DNA of 64,000 bases from Amoebidium appalachense. Its lineage: Eukaryota > Protista > Ichthyosporea. Location of the stretch: positions 9,696,081-9,760,080 of the forward strand of contig CAVNZM010000009.1 of the NCBI GenBank assembly GCA_963693365.1. Reading direction: 5' to 3'. Of this stretch, positions 26,475-39,127 are shown one piece after another. A model generated the notes under the pieces. That model was not told the DNA's origin. It saw only the letters and a list, made by a program, of their open reading frames with translations, and searched no databases. Positions within the stretch are counted from its first letter, which is position 1. Each line of letters starts with the position of its first letter. The position numbers and the translations under genes are program-made.

Positions 26475-27645
26475 ATGCCGCCGAAAAAGCGCCAGGCCTC
26501 AGCCACCGCCCCTGCCGCGGCACCCAAGCGCCTGACCCGCAGCGACCTCCGCCACAGGCTGACCAACGCTCCCGCGGACACTGACGCGCCTCCAGCGGCC
26601 CATACCACCACGGACCCGGACCCGCCGGCTAGTCTCCCCCTCCCCCCCTGAAGTCCCCCCTCAGGCCCCGCCGTCCCCGCAGATGACTTCTCAAGACGCC
26701 GTCCTTGCCGCCCTCACCGCCATCAGCACCCAGATGGCTGGCGTCCTGGCTGCTCTCACCAACCGCGACCCTCCCGCGCCCCCCGCCGCGCCCTCCGCAC
26801 CCGGGGAGGTTTCCCCGGGGCTGCATCTCGGCCCTGACCTAGACCTACCTGCCCTGCCCGCGCCCCCCATCACAGGTGAGAACACTGGCGACATTCAGCC
26901 GGGCACACTCCCGCTTCCCCCCGCGGATGTGCTGGCAGATTTGCGCGCCAATCGTTTCGTCGACCTGTATAAGTTCACCCCCGCCGCCCTCCTGGCCCCA
27001 TCCAAGAAAGGTCAGCATCTGCGCATGGCCGACGACGGCAGCATCGAGACTTTTCGCCAAGACAAACCCGTTCCCCTGCGTTCACTCGTCATTTGGATCC
27101 AAGCTTGGACCCATTACATGGCCGCCAAGCACCACCTCGGCCTCCCCACGGACAAAGACGTACTTTGGACTCAGCACATCACTCGCCTCAGCACCCGATA
27201 CCCGTGGGCCCAGATCCACAACTATGACGTATACGCCCGAACCGTTGCCCACCAGCAGGGTCGGGCCCCGATCGAGTGTCCCAACCTGCTCGCCCAACTC
27301 CACCAGGATCTCCTCCTGCCACCCACTCTGCTCATCCCGGACGCATGTCAGCGCTGTGGCTTCCCCGACCACCCCAGCGCGGCCTGCCCCATGTACCCCA
27401 AGCCCGGCTGTGGTCTTGACGGCTTTAAGCCGCCCCACAAGCCCGGCGGGGGTCAAACCCCTAACCGCCCTGGCCCGCAACCCGGCCCGGCCAAACCGGC
27501 CCGACCCGTGGATCTACCCGCGACGCACTGCAGGAATTTCCACATTAACGGTCGGTCCTGCGCTAAGCAGCCCTGCCCCTTCTCCCACGTGTGCCCGCTC
27601 TGCTCTGGCACACACCCCCGCAAAGACTGCAAGCACAATGCCTAG
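26475..27645 (+). CDS. Gag-like protein (Ngaro X), frameshift near 26630-26650
   Basis: Near-identical to the intact gag at 59770-60939. Two ORFs, 26475-26651 and 26683-27645. Confidence 0.85.
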
Positions 27646-28046
27646 TCTACGCGCACACCCACACAGTGCACACAGCTAGAACATAGGGGTTAGGAGCTAG
27701 GACACACGAGTACAGGGAAACGGAGCTCGGGAGAACGGGCCAATAGGGCTGAGTACAAAATTTTCGCAGGCCAACTACGGCGCCCGCGCGCGTCAAGAAT
27801 AAATGTCCCTACACAAAGACGTTTATTCTGGCCACTGCACATAATTTTACTCCCCCCCCCCCCATCCCACGAGCCTCCCCCCCCCCCTTACACTCACCTA
27901 GCACTCCCTCCCCCCCCTTCTTCTACCTCTGTGTCCGCCCACACCCCCGCGTGCTCGGGCACATTCCCCTGCACAGGGCCCCGCTGCCCTCCCTGCCAAC
28001 CCTCACTCGGGCCCAGCTGCCCTACTCTAACCCCCCCGGGGCCCTG

Positions 28047-28083
<37 letters not shown>

Positions 28084-28144
28084 CTGCCGGGATCTCCCCG
28101 AGGGTGCCCCACCCTTGCTAACCACCCCTTCCCCCGAGGCTCAG

Positions 28145-29766
28145 ACCCGGAGGCCCGCCCGCTGCCCCAGCACCACATTGACACCTCCCGCCTCCGGGAA
28201 CTGCTGGCCTCCTACCCAGACCAATCATTCGCCGCACAACTCCTCCACGATGTCGAATTCGGTGTCGACATCGGCTATCGCGGCCCCTCCACCTCTCGGG
28301 TGGGCCCCAACCTACCCACCACCCCGGAGGCAGCTGCCGCTATCACGGCGGATATTGCCAAAGAGGTCGCCCTCGGCCACCTGCGCGGCCCCCTCTCCCC
28401 GGCCCAATTCTTTGACGAATTTCCGGTCCACCGTTCCTCCCCCATCGGCGCCGTTACCAAGAAAGGGAACCCCCCCAAGTACCGTCGAATCCACCACCTC
28501 TCCTGGCCCCGGGGTAGCAGTGTCAATGACAGCATCACCTACCCCGACGAACTTCAGTACATTCGCGCCCGGGATGTCACCCAGCTCATTCTCGACGCAG
28601 GCCCCGGCTGCTACATGGCCGTGGCAGATGTGCAGGCTGCCTTCCGGCACATGCCCATCCGACCAGAAGACCATCACTTAATGGCATTCAAATGGCAGGG
28701 GCATTTTTACGTTGAAACCAGACTGCCCTTCGGCCTGAAATCTAGCCCAGCCATCTGGGAACGGATCGCGGCCACCCTACAGTGGCTGGCACACCAGCAC
28801 GGTATTACCCTCATCCGCCACTACGTAGACGACTGGATTATAGTCGCCCCCACACAAGAGCAGTGCCAACGTCACCTATCCACCTTCCTGCAACTCTGCC
28901 GAGAGCTGCACATTGCCATCTCCGAAGACAAGATGCAGGGCCCGGCTACCCGTGTCGTCTTCATCGGTATCGAATTCGACTCCATCGCCATGGAGGCACG
29001 AATCCCGGCTTCCAAGCTCTCGGACCTACTCGACCTCACTTCCCACCCAAAGCCCACCATCACCATTCGGGACCTCCAGTCCCTCCTCGGCAAACTCACC
29101 TGGTGTGCCCAGCTGGTTCCCCCCGGGAGGGCCTTCTCCCAGCGCCTATGGGCCCTTCTCCGGACCCACCCACACCTTGCCGGCCACCACCACATACGAC
29201 TGACTGCTGCCGCCCGGGCCGACATAGCCGAATGGCACCAGTTCCTCACATCATGGAATGGGGTGCACCTCATCACACCCCCCACATACACCACCCTGGC
29301 CACCGATGCTGCCGGATCGGTGGGTCTAGGAGGCCACTGGCTCGACCAATGGTTCTTCATGCCCTGGTCCCCCTCCACCCAAGCCCTCTATGCTCATGAG
29401 GGTAAACTCGGTTCTTCCGTCATCGAACTCCTGGCCATCGCAGCCGCCGTGGCCCTCTGGGCCCCCTCCTGGTCCACCCACCATGTCCGTATTTTATGCG
29501 ACAACACGGGTGCTGTGTCTGACCTGCACTCCCGGTCTTCCCCCCACCCCGTGATGGCCAAACTTATTCGGTTCATCACCCGCATGGAAATGCAATACCA
29601 ATTTACGTTACAGGCATCCTACCTACCAGGACCCCTCAACCATCTGGCCGATGCCATTTCTCGTAACCAACTTCCCCGGGCCCGACGACTCCGACCTTCC
29701 CTGCAACCGGAGCCCTGCCCCTTCCCCTCCTGGGTCCACGAGTTCCTATCCCTTCCCTTGGGCTAA
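28145..29766 (+). CDS. Reverse transcriptase-RNase H (Ngaro X)
   Basis: Same motifs as copy Y. The ORF track gives 27931-29766 with no ATG start; start placed at the predicted acceptor. Confidence 0.93.
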
Positions 29767-29794
29767 CCCCCCCCCCCCCCCCCCCCCCCCCCAG

Positions 29795-30855
29795 ATCTCC
29801 CGTTCCGGAGCAACGCTGGCAGATTGGCCCCCCACTTTGCTCCGGCCGAGCTGCTTCGAGCCACCACTACCCTGCAGGAATGCCAGGCCCTGAGTCTCAA
29901 CCTCGACTCTCGGGCCTTTTACTCCCGGGTGCAAAAAGTGTTCATCGATTTCTGTGTGGCATCTCGGCTGCAATCCTCCTCCGGGTCCTCCCTCCCGGCC
30001 TCCCCACACACCGTGCAACTTTTTCTCGCCTGGTGTGCCCAACGAGGGGTACAGGCCTCTTCCTTAACCGGCTACAATTCGGCCATCACCAGGCTCCACC
30101 TCGACATGGGCCTCCCTGCTCCCTACCCCCACGACAAGTCTCTGGCCTGGTTCCTACGGGGGGTGGGCAGATGGCAGCTTTCTCACAACATCCGACCCCG
30201 CTCATCCACCAGGGAACCCCTCCTGCCCTCCCACCTCAGCCTACTCCATGGCCAGTGCCCCACCAAGGCCTCCTCGGCCAATCTCCGGCTATGGACGGCC
30301 CTCATCGTCGGTTTCTGTGGTCTCCTCCGTTCAGGGGAATTTACCTCCAAGACCCTGACTTCTTTCGACCCGTCCCGTCACGTTAAACGGAAGGACGTGA
30401 CCTTCAGCTACACCCCCACCGGTACTTTGTCCCATGCCACCCTCCACCTGCCAACCTCTAAGACGGATGTACAGGCCCGAGGTGTCAACGTCACTCTAGC
30501 TGCCCTGCCCCTCACCCACTTCTCCCCAGCCCATCTCCTCCGGCAGTTCCTGGATACAACGTCCGGTCAACCCGACGACCCCCTCTTCAGTCTCGGTGGC
30601 ATCCCCTACACCAAGAGTGCTTTCTCTGCCGACTTCCGTGCCCTCCTCTCCCGGGCAGGCCTCTCACCCTCCCGGTTTGCCGGACACAGCCTCCGCATCG
30701 GGGGGGCCACAGCACTGGCTGAGGCCGGGGTCGACGACTCCCGGATCAAACAACTCGGCAGGTGGTCCTCCGACTGTTTCCTGATCTATACCCGACTTCG
30801 TCCGGCCTCCATTGCTGCCACTACCACACGTGTATTCGCCTCTATTCTTAAGTGA
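29795..30855 (+). CDS. Tyrosine recombinase (Ngaro X)
   Basis: R-K-HxxR-W-Y motifs. Begins after CTAAC-(C)n-CAG. Confidence 0.93.
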
Positions 30856-31835
30856 AACCTTTGGAGCAAGCATACTGCTCTCGTGCCGTGGTTTACAACC
30901 ATTGCAGGTTCACTTTCGTCCAAGGGGATGTCCCCCTAGAGGCAACACACGTCCCGGAGTAGTTTTCATAGAGGTTTTATTTGTGGAAATTATTGACATA
31001 AATATTTTTCTGGGTAAACACGTAGGATGGGTGTCCGATATCAACATAACCATGTAGGCTTCGTTTCATGTTTTAGCAGTTCGCGTTCGGCTGCCCGCAT
31101 ACGGGCACCTATTAGCCGATCAAAACATCAGATTCCACAGATCACTAGACCGAGTTTGATTGGCTCAGGATCAGATTTCACATAACACTAGATCGGTTTT
31201 GATTGGCTCAGTTCGGTAGCCTTAGGTATATAAGCACGACAGTTTTTAGCAGATCAGCAAGCAACAAACACATCTTCTGTGTTTAGCACCTACAGCTTTA
31301 CAGCTATATTTTCTTTTTCACCCACCCACCTACACCCTACACTCAACCCCCATTGATCCCCACATACGTGCTGTTTTTTCACGGGGCGAAGACTTCCCCC
31401 GTTTTTTGGGCACAAGGACCTCACGGATCAATAAATTGATGACTGGGGGCCTGCCGTGGTTTACAACCATTGCAGGTTCACTTTCGTCCAAGGGGATGTC
31501 CCCCTAGAGGCAACACACGTCCCGGAGTAGTTTTCATAGATTATTATTATTATTATTCCTTATTTGCGTGGACGACGTCTATGGAAAAGAGGAAGTGCAT
31601 ACCCACCCACCAAAAAAGAACAAAAGAAAATCCACCAACCACAGATATGAAATATGGAATATGAATTGATTTCAGAAGACTTTCTCCCGAAACGGCGACA
31701 CCGCATGCACAGCAATCATCGGTTACGACCCATGTGCACGTACTTGTTCACAAGGAACTCCTCCTTTCCTCCTGCGGGTACTGGAAGGGGATGCGTGGAA
31801 AATTCCCAATATCGTTTCAACGTCCACAACGTTGT

Positions 31836-34800
31836 TGTTAAATTGTATAAGTATTTGGGATGTAAGCAGAGACACAGTGGTGCAGTGTGAAAACACCACA
31901 GACACACACAACAACAAAACACGGAACGATCGGAGCAGTGTACACAACAGACATCAATGTTTAGACACGACTGAACTCAATTTATTTTGATCTCGAATAA
32001 ATACCTGAAATTCCCTTAAGTTAAATCCATACATGATTTCCGACCAGTCGGAAATCAGATCTATGTCTAAAATAACCAATCACAATTAACTGATTATTTC
32101 CCGGATAGATCCGGAGACACAGGAACGCACACCATAGGTCACAGCTATAAGAAAGAAATGAGGTGAAGAGTAACGAGGAAAGAGGTGATGTTTCTAACCT
32201 ATCATCGGCTACAAAGACTCAGACATTTTCTGACTAAGTCCACTGATTGGATATAGTACGGCAACACACAAAACAAAAGTGGTTGACTAAGCTATGAATC
32301 ATACCTGACAAGCTAAAGTGTAACCTAAGTGTTTTTCTACCAATCAAAACATAACGAGTAATATAAATCTACTCAACGTATATTAGTGAGAGAGAAATAT
32401 AATTATGTGAAAGGAAACAAGAGAAGAAAGAAAGAGAAAAGAAAGAAGAAGAAAGAGGAAAAAGAAAAGAAAGCAGGACAGAAAACACGAACATGAAAAC
32501 ACAGTTATAACCGAAGATATTCATGTACACATAACATGTACACGTTTCTCCCTCACTGGGTAGACTCGTGTACCTATAATCAGTTGCTGTAATCGATATC
32601 TAAACACACGAATATAGCCGACACAACACGATTACAAGTACTCAAATACACTGGAGATCGATGTCATAATTTACGTACAAGGAGCACATCTCTTTCACTA
32701 AGTAAATGAATGAAAACATAACACGAACTGAGAAGATCTTACAATATGTAAATACTACGTATTACAACATCCCCACTCAAGACTTTGAAGTTTGTGTTAT
32801 CATATCCCCACTGAACTAGTGAAATCTCCCCACTTGAGAACAGAAACGGAAAAAAAAAAATTAAAGTGTGGACTTTTCCGGGGGGGGGGGGGGGGGGGAG
32901 AAGGGGGGGGGGGAGGGGGGGGGGGGGGGGAAGGGGGGGGGGAAGGGGGGGGGAAGGGGGGGGGGGAGGGGGGGGGAAGGAACCGGGGCAAAAACAACGA
33001 ATATATATAACGTGTATAGTCGGGGTTTGATTAACTGGGTGTTAAACCAGTGAAAGATAGAGTAGAGTCGCGGTACAGGTCAAACCTTATATATAAACCC
33101 TAAGTGGGCATACCCACAAAGGCAATACATATGAAATAATGATTATGATAAAGTAAGGAGTAAACATTAGAAAATCACTCTTGAAGTAGGTCGGGTCAAT
33201 CCACAATATCCGGTAAACAAAGTCGAGCACAATGGTGGACATGACTCGGGCCGGGGAGGGGTTTGGTGAGGATGTCAGCTAAGTTGTGGGCTGACTCAAC
33301 GTAGTGGACAACCACGTCCCCACTGGCAATGTAGTCCTTGGTGTTGTGATACCGGACGGCAATGTGTTTGGTACGGTGCTTGATGCCGGTGGAGTTGACG
33401 ATGGCAATGGTCGACTGGTTGTCACAGTACACCGGAGTCGGAGCAAGCATGGGACAGCCGAGTTCCTTGAAGAGGTCACGGACCCAAGCAACTTCTTGGG
33501 TGCCAGCATTGAGAGCAATCAGCTCAGCTTCAGTGGTGCTGGTGGCCGTGATGGGCTGGAGCTTGGAGTACCAGATGATAGGCATACCAGCAAACTCGAT
33601 AATGTAGCCGGTGGTAGACTTCTTGCTGTCGGCACAACCAGCAAAGTCAGCATCCGTGTAGCATTCGAGTATGGGGGACTGGGTGGCCGAGTACTTGTAG
33701 TCAATGCCAAGGTCAATGGTGCCGAGCAGGTACCGGGCCACACGACGGAGAAGGTCCCAGTGAGTCTTGCCGGGGTTGGTGCTGAACCGACCAAGGAAGC
33801 CGATGGCATAGGCAATGTCGGGACGTGTGCACCGTGCCACCCAGAGGAGACGGCCGAGTAACTCACGGTAGGGCACGGTGAACGGTTGGGGGGGGCAGTC
33901 AGCCAGGGAGACGGTGGTGCCTGCAGGGATGGGGGTAGACTTGGACTTGGCATCGGTGAGGTTGAAGTCGTGGATGATATCCATGATGTAAGACCTCTGG
34001 TGCATGTGGAGGTGATGGGGATCAGAGTGATTAAAGTCAACACCGAGCATACGGTCAAATGGACTCATACGACAGCTGGCCATCTTGCTGATGTGGGCAG
34101 CCAGGTCACTGGCAGCAGTAGAACCCCGGGTGTTGGTGATGGTGGAGTCGTCGACGTAGTTACCAGCCCGAACCACATCGTTGTTGGGGAAGAACCGGAG
34201 GTAGATGCACGGGTCGGTCTTAGTACGGGTCAGGCCATGGGCAAGAAGAATGCCGTCGAGGAAGTCGTACCAAGCCTTGGAGGCTTGCTTGAGGCCGTAC
34301 AGGGCTTTCTTGAGTCTCCAGACCTTGCCAAGTGTGGCCATGGTGATGAATCCCGGGGGTTGTTTCATGTAGATGGTCTCGGTGAGTAGGCTGTTGAGAA
34401 AGGCCGTAGACACGTCGAGTTGATGGATGTCATGACCTTCAACAACGGCCAGAGCTAGGATGGCACGGAGAGCAGCCGGACGGATGACAGGGCTCTCAAT
34501 CAACTCATAGTCAACACCGTATTGCTGACTGAAGCCTTGAGCAACACCACGTGCCTTGATCTTGGTGTCACCAGCCGAGTTGAGAGTTTTCTCGGAGACA
34601 ATCCACTTGAAGCCGACGATGTTAGCACCAGGGGGAGGGTCAACAAGTTCAAAGATGTCTTTGTCGACGAAGGCTTGATACTCAGCAGTCAGGGCTGACT
34701 TGACCTGGTCACCATTGGGTCCGGAACACAGTTGACGGACAAGTTTGGGTAGTTGGTCGATGTTGATGGGGGGACCGGGGGGGACTGGGAGGGTGGTGGT

Positions 34801-35962
34801 GGCTTGAAGTCCAACCTTGCCCTGGAGACGGGCAGAACGACGGGGTGCAGGAACCGGGGGAGGTGGAGACGATGGGGGGGGAACTTGGAAGTTCGGAAGT
34901 GCAGGGGGGGCAACCTCCGGGCTGGACGGGGCCGAGTGGAAGTGGTCGGGGGAGCCGGGTCGGATGGGTGTGACGTTGCCAGGGGCAGGATGAGGGTCGG
35001 CAGGCTGGACGGGCACGGGGGCAGGGGGGGCCGGTGGGTATAAGTATTTGGGATGTAAGCAGAGACACAGTGGTGCAGTGTGAAAACACCACAGACACAC
35101 ACAACAACAAAACACGGAACGATCGGAGCAGTGTACACAACAGACATCAATGTTTAGACACGACTGAACTCAATTTATTTTGATCTCGAATAAATACCTG
35201 AAATTCCCTTAAGTTAAATCCATACATGATTTCCGACCAGTCGGAAATCAGATCTATGTCTAAAATAACCAATCACAATTAACTGATTATTTCCCGGATA
35301 GATCCGGAGACACAGGAACGCACACCATAGGTCACAGCTATAAGAAAGAAATGAGGTGAAGAGTAACGAGGAAAGAGGTGATGTTTCTAACCTATCATCG
35401 GCTACAAAGACTCAGACATTTTCTGACTAAGTCCACTGATTGGATATAGTACGGCAACACACAAAACAAAAGTGGTTGACTAAGCTATGAATCATACCTG
35501 ACAAGCTAAAGTGTAACCTAAGTGTTTTTCTACCAATCAAAACATAACGAGTAATATAAATCTACTCAACGTATATTAGTGAGAGAGAAATATAATTATG
35601 TGAAAGGAAACAAGAGAAGAAAGAAAGAGAAAAGAAAGAAGAAGAAAGAGGAAAAAGAAAAGAAAGCAGGACAGAAAACACGAACATGAAAACACAGTTA
35701 TAACCGAAGATATTCATGTACACATAACATGTACACGTTTCTCCCTCACTGGGTAGACTCGTGTACCTATAATCAGTTGCTGTAATCGATATCTAAACAC
35801 ACGAATATAGCCGACACAACACGATTACAAGTACTCAAATACACTGGAGATCGATGTCATAATTTACGTACAAGGAGCACATCTCTTTCACTAAGTAAAT
35901 GAATGAAAACATAACACGAACTGAGAAGATCTTACAATATGTAAATACTACGTATTACAACA
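31836..35962 (-). mobile_element. Ty1/Copia retrotransposon (family B), internally deleted, inserted in the last Plavaka exon
   Basis: 3' LTR 31836-32769; 5' LTR 35038-35962 lacking its last ~9 bp; PPT TTGAGTGGGGA; TSD gttgt/gtcgt (1 mismatch). The host frame IPRYD|VVDVETI rejoins across it. Confidence 0.93.
33196..35037 (-). CDS. Copia RT-RNase H (uninterrupted), fused directly to the 5' LTR
   Basis: QLDVSTAFLN, KKALYGLKQA, NYVDD, YTDADFAG, TEAE, CDNQS, LADILTK. No gag, protease or integrase core. Confidence 0.92.
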   Translation of the reverse strand, partial: PPAPPAPVPVQPADPHPAPGNVTPIRPGSPDHFHSAPSSPEVAPPALPNFQVPPPSSPPPPVPAPRRSARLQGKVGLQATTTLPVPPGPPINIDQLPKLVRQLCSGPNGDQVKSALTAEYQAFVDKDIFELVDPPPGANIVGFKWIVSEKTLNSAGDTKIKARGVAQGFSQQYGVDYELIESPVIRPAALRAILALAVVEGHDIHQLDVSTAFLNSLLTETIYMKQPPGFITMATLGKVWRLKKALYGLKQASKAWYDFLDGILLAHGLTRTKTDPCIYLRFFPNNDVVRAGNYVDDSTITNTRGSTAASDLAAHISKMASCRMSPFDRMLGVDFNHSDPHHLHMHQRSYIMDIIHDFNLTDAKSKSTPIPAGTTVSLADCPPQPFTVPYRELLGRLLWVARCTRPDIAYAIGFLGRFSTNPGKTHWDLLRRVARYLLGTIDLGIDYKYSATQSPILECYTDADFAGCADSKKSTTGYIIEFAGMPIIWYSKLQPITATSTTEAELIALNAGTQEVAWVRDLFKELGCPMLAPTPVYCDNQSTIAIVNSTGIKHRTKHIAVRYHNTKDYIASGDVVVHYVESAHNLADILTKPLPGPSHVHHCARLCLPDIVD

Positions 35963-36667
35963 GTCGTACCTTGGTATCCGCTGCACGTTTGTACCCACCA
36001 TCTCCCAAGACAGTCTGCCACATCCTGTGTGCTGGTCCGGCTGTTTGCGCTCCACATAGTATCGGACGAACGCTAACTTATGGTCCAGGGTCTCGTTTCC
36101 TTCGGGTGACAAGGTCTGGCACACGAAAAGAAGCACCAACTTTGAGTAGTACTTAACGTCCTCACCCGCCTCGTCCGCTCCTCCCGCAATGACGACGTTG
36201 TCGTACCGATCCCGAGGGCCATAGAATGAATCGCACGCAACAACCCTGACCCAATGACTGGCGTCCGATTCCCCATCATCCAAACGTATGTAGCAGCTGT
36301 TGTATGGGGTCATTTTCTGGGAGCTGGGCACAGGAAGGGTGTGTCTAGCAACCCCACCTTGTTCGACCCCCCCCAGGTACAGTTGCAACTGTAGGGGGAG
36401 ATACTTGAGGCACGCACCACGGTCGGTTGACAAAATCTTGTGAGGCGCGTACGAGCCGTGCGGGTTAAAAAACTTGTCCAATTCACCCAGCCACATAGCG
36501 GATTTGTGCTGTGGTCCGGACATCTGGGCCACCTCAACCGACTTCTGCAGGGGTGCATCCGCTGCAACCACCGGTGCAGGCTCAGGGAGGAGCTCGTCGT
36601 GTGCATCTGCCTCGTACAGCTCTTCCACCGTCAAATCCGGAAGCTCGTCAAGCACAACAACACGGGG

Positions 36668-36760
36668 TTCCTCCTTTTCCTGCAGTGCATCCCAAATAGC
36701 CCTGCGCAGATCCATGGCATCGAATCGACGTACCTTCACTGCAACCTGCATGTGTGCATG

Positions 36761-36801
<41 letters not shown>

Positions 36802-37094
36802 GGGGGTGGGGGGGAGGGGGGGGGGGGGGGGGGGGGGGGGGTGGCGTTATAATGTAAGGATGGGTACCTGACGTACCCAAGGCACCTTATGTATGTGCAT
36901 AGCTCCCTCTTTCAACATATGCTAGTGTATGTTACGACGTCAGGTCTATCATATATTTCTTATGCATTATACCTCGTGAAGCCCTCCTATGTATCCGTAT
37001 AGTTCCTCCTTTTCCTGCAGTGCATCCCAAATAGCCCTGCGCAGATCCATGGCATCGAATCGACGTACCTTCACTGCAACCTGCATGTGTGCAT

Positions 37095-37138
<44 letters not shown>

Positions 37139-37329
37139 GGTGGGGGGGGAGGGGGGGGGGGGGGGGGGGGCCGTTATGCATGTAAGGATGGGTACCTGAC
37201 GTACCAAAGGCACCTTATGTATGTGCATAGCTCCCTCTTTCAACATATGCTAGTGTATGTTACGACGTCAGGTCTATTATATATTTCTTATGCATTATAC
37301 CTCGTGAAGCCCTCCTATGTATCCGTATA
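36668..37329. repeat. ~330-bp tandem duplication of an intron/exon junction of the Plavaka gene
   Basis: 36668-37000 repeats at 37002-37329, including the acceptor and VAVKVRRFDAMDLRRAIWDALQEKEE. Confidence 0.85.
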
Positions 37330-37857
37330 CAACATCTTAATGTGAAATGTGATTGTTTTTATGTTTTTCAAAAAAAAAAAAAAAAAAAAGACAGAAAAAA
37401 ATGGGGGAGGGGGAGGGGGCGAGGGGCAGGGGGGGGGGTTTCCAATTACATACACACACCTGCAAGATGAAGGTAGAGTTTTTGTTGGTCATTCGATACG
37501 GCATTTTGCAGTAGTGTTTGTGAGCACGCTCCCAGCTCTCCGCCGTCTCCACCGGACCAAACAGGCGGTAGTCGTCAGAATAATGCACACCAGCATGGAA
37601 CTTTGCCGTTTTGAGTTGGTTCTTTGTGGAATCTTTGAAGCACTCGTGCGCTGCCTTGCCAAACCTGTGTTCGCAATATGTGGTTAGTTTTGATTTCACC
37701 CTCGAATAGGATGTACTACTGTAGTGGTTGAATGTTTGCACAGGGAGCACCGTCCGAGTAAACCTGTAGTGATAGTAAGACATGTAAAATCTGGGAGGTG
37801 CGAGTGCGTTTCTGGATAGGGGTGGTAGGTTGGGTGTGTGCCGTGTGTGTTTGTCAC

Positions 37858-37917
<60 letters not shown>

Positions 37918-39127
37918 GGGTGGGTGGGTGGGTGGGTGTGTGTGTGTGGGGGGGGGGGGGGGGGGGGGGGATACATACGTCTTGTACCGCTCGGTCATGT
38001 CGTCAAGTGACACCTCAGTGTACTCACGACCTGTCACCATGCTGTACCACTCATTCCATGTAACAAACACTCTTGACGCTTTGGCGTTGGCGGTCGGGTT
38101 GTTTGGGATTAGATCCCGTACAACAAATGGAATGACCTGAGGTAGTGGTTTGGGGTGTTCAAGTGGAGGTGTGTGTGTGGGTGTGTGTTTAGTTGTGGGC
38201 AGGGGGGGGGGGGGGGGGAGAGATCAGCACGGGCAGGCAACAGTACAATGTGCAGCACACGTGCGTGTGTTCATCATACAGTGTAGCATACAACGGCAAT
38301 AAACAGAGGGTACGTGCAGGTATACACCTGACCATGATGATGCTATCGACTTACTTTACAGCATGCACACACCAGGTTACGTTGCAATGATGAAACGTGG
38401 TACCCCTTTCTCGTTTGCAGAACATCATGTACTTCAACAAGTTACTAGTACCTTCATGATGTCCCTGTATTCATTGGCCCGCATGAATGACAGGTCGGAC
38501 ACGTTGCCAGAGAAATGGCGTAGGCCACTGTAGCGAGCCATCTCATTGAACCGCCGGTCAAATTCCCGAATGATGTTTGCAGCGGCGGAGTCTGCTACGG
38601 TCCCCTCCCCGTGTGTCTGCTCACACACATACTTGACGTAGTGCTTGTACTCAATCATCATCTGCTTGAACACGCCGCTGTCACCTTGGTGCATGCGCTC
38701 AATGGTGACACCCCATATCCACATGAATCCGGGGAAGTCGACGCAGGCGTTGTCATCGAAATCCGCCAGAGAGCTCATCTTCAACAGGTGTGTTGCTGTT
38801 GCCTTCGAGCCCGCATTGCCTTGGCACAATTCATCCACCTTCTGTCGAATGGCCGCTACGTGGTCCTCATGGTTCATGGGACAGGTTTCCCAAACCTTGT
38901 ACAGATTCTCGCTGGTTACCCGGCACTTGTGGCATGGATGGGCCGTGGCCACCCCCCCCCTATGTAAAAAATAAGTGTATGCTTTGTCAGTAGAAGCCAT
39001 GAACACGTTGTCGGTCCACTCAATATGGCATTTCGATTGCACACTCAAGCTGTCGTCGACGTCCATATGACGTACACAAGTATATGAATATCCACATTTC
39101 CGTCTATGTAAACAGTCTTCCCCGACG

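Larger units (their letters stand above)
20655..31540 (+). mobile_element. Ngaro-type YR retrotransposon copy X (A1 repeat split by nested copy Y)
   Basis: Order: A1 (20655-20813 + 26258-~26432), gag, RT/RNase H, YR, B1 (~30884-30971), A2 (30972-~31320), spacer, B2 (~31452-31540). This is the split-direct-repeat architecture. Inserted in a TTA tract. Confidence 0.93.

Noticed and set aside
27931-28144. N-terminal extension of the Ngaro RT ORF from a GTG start
   Set aside because: The frame through the poly-C tracts differs among X, Y and Z, so it is unlikely to be coding. Better explained as intron.
20655-31540. DIRS1-type inverted terminal repeats
   Set aside because: The inverted symmetry comes from nesting of two copies. 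Each copy has split direct repeats.
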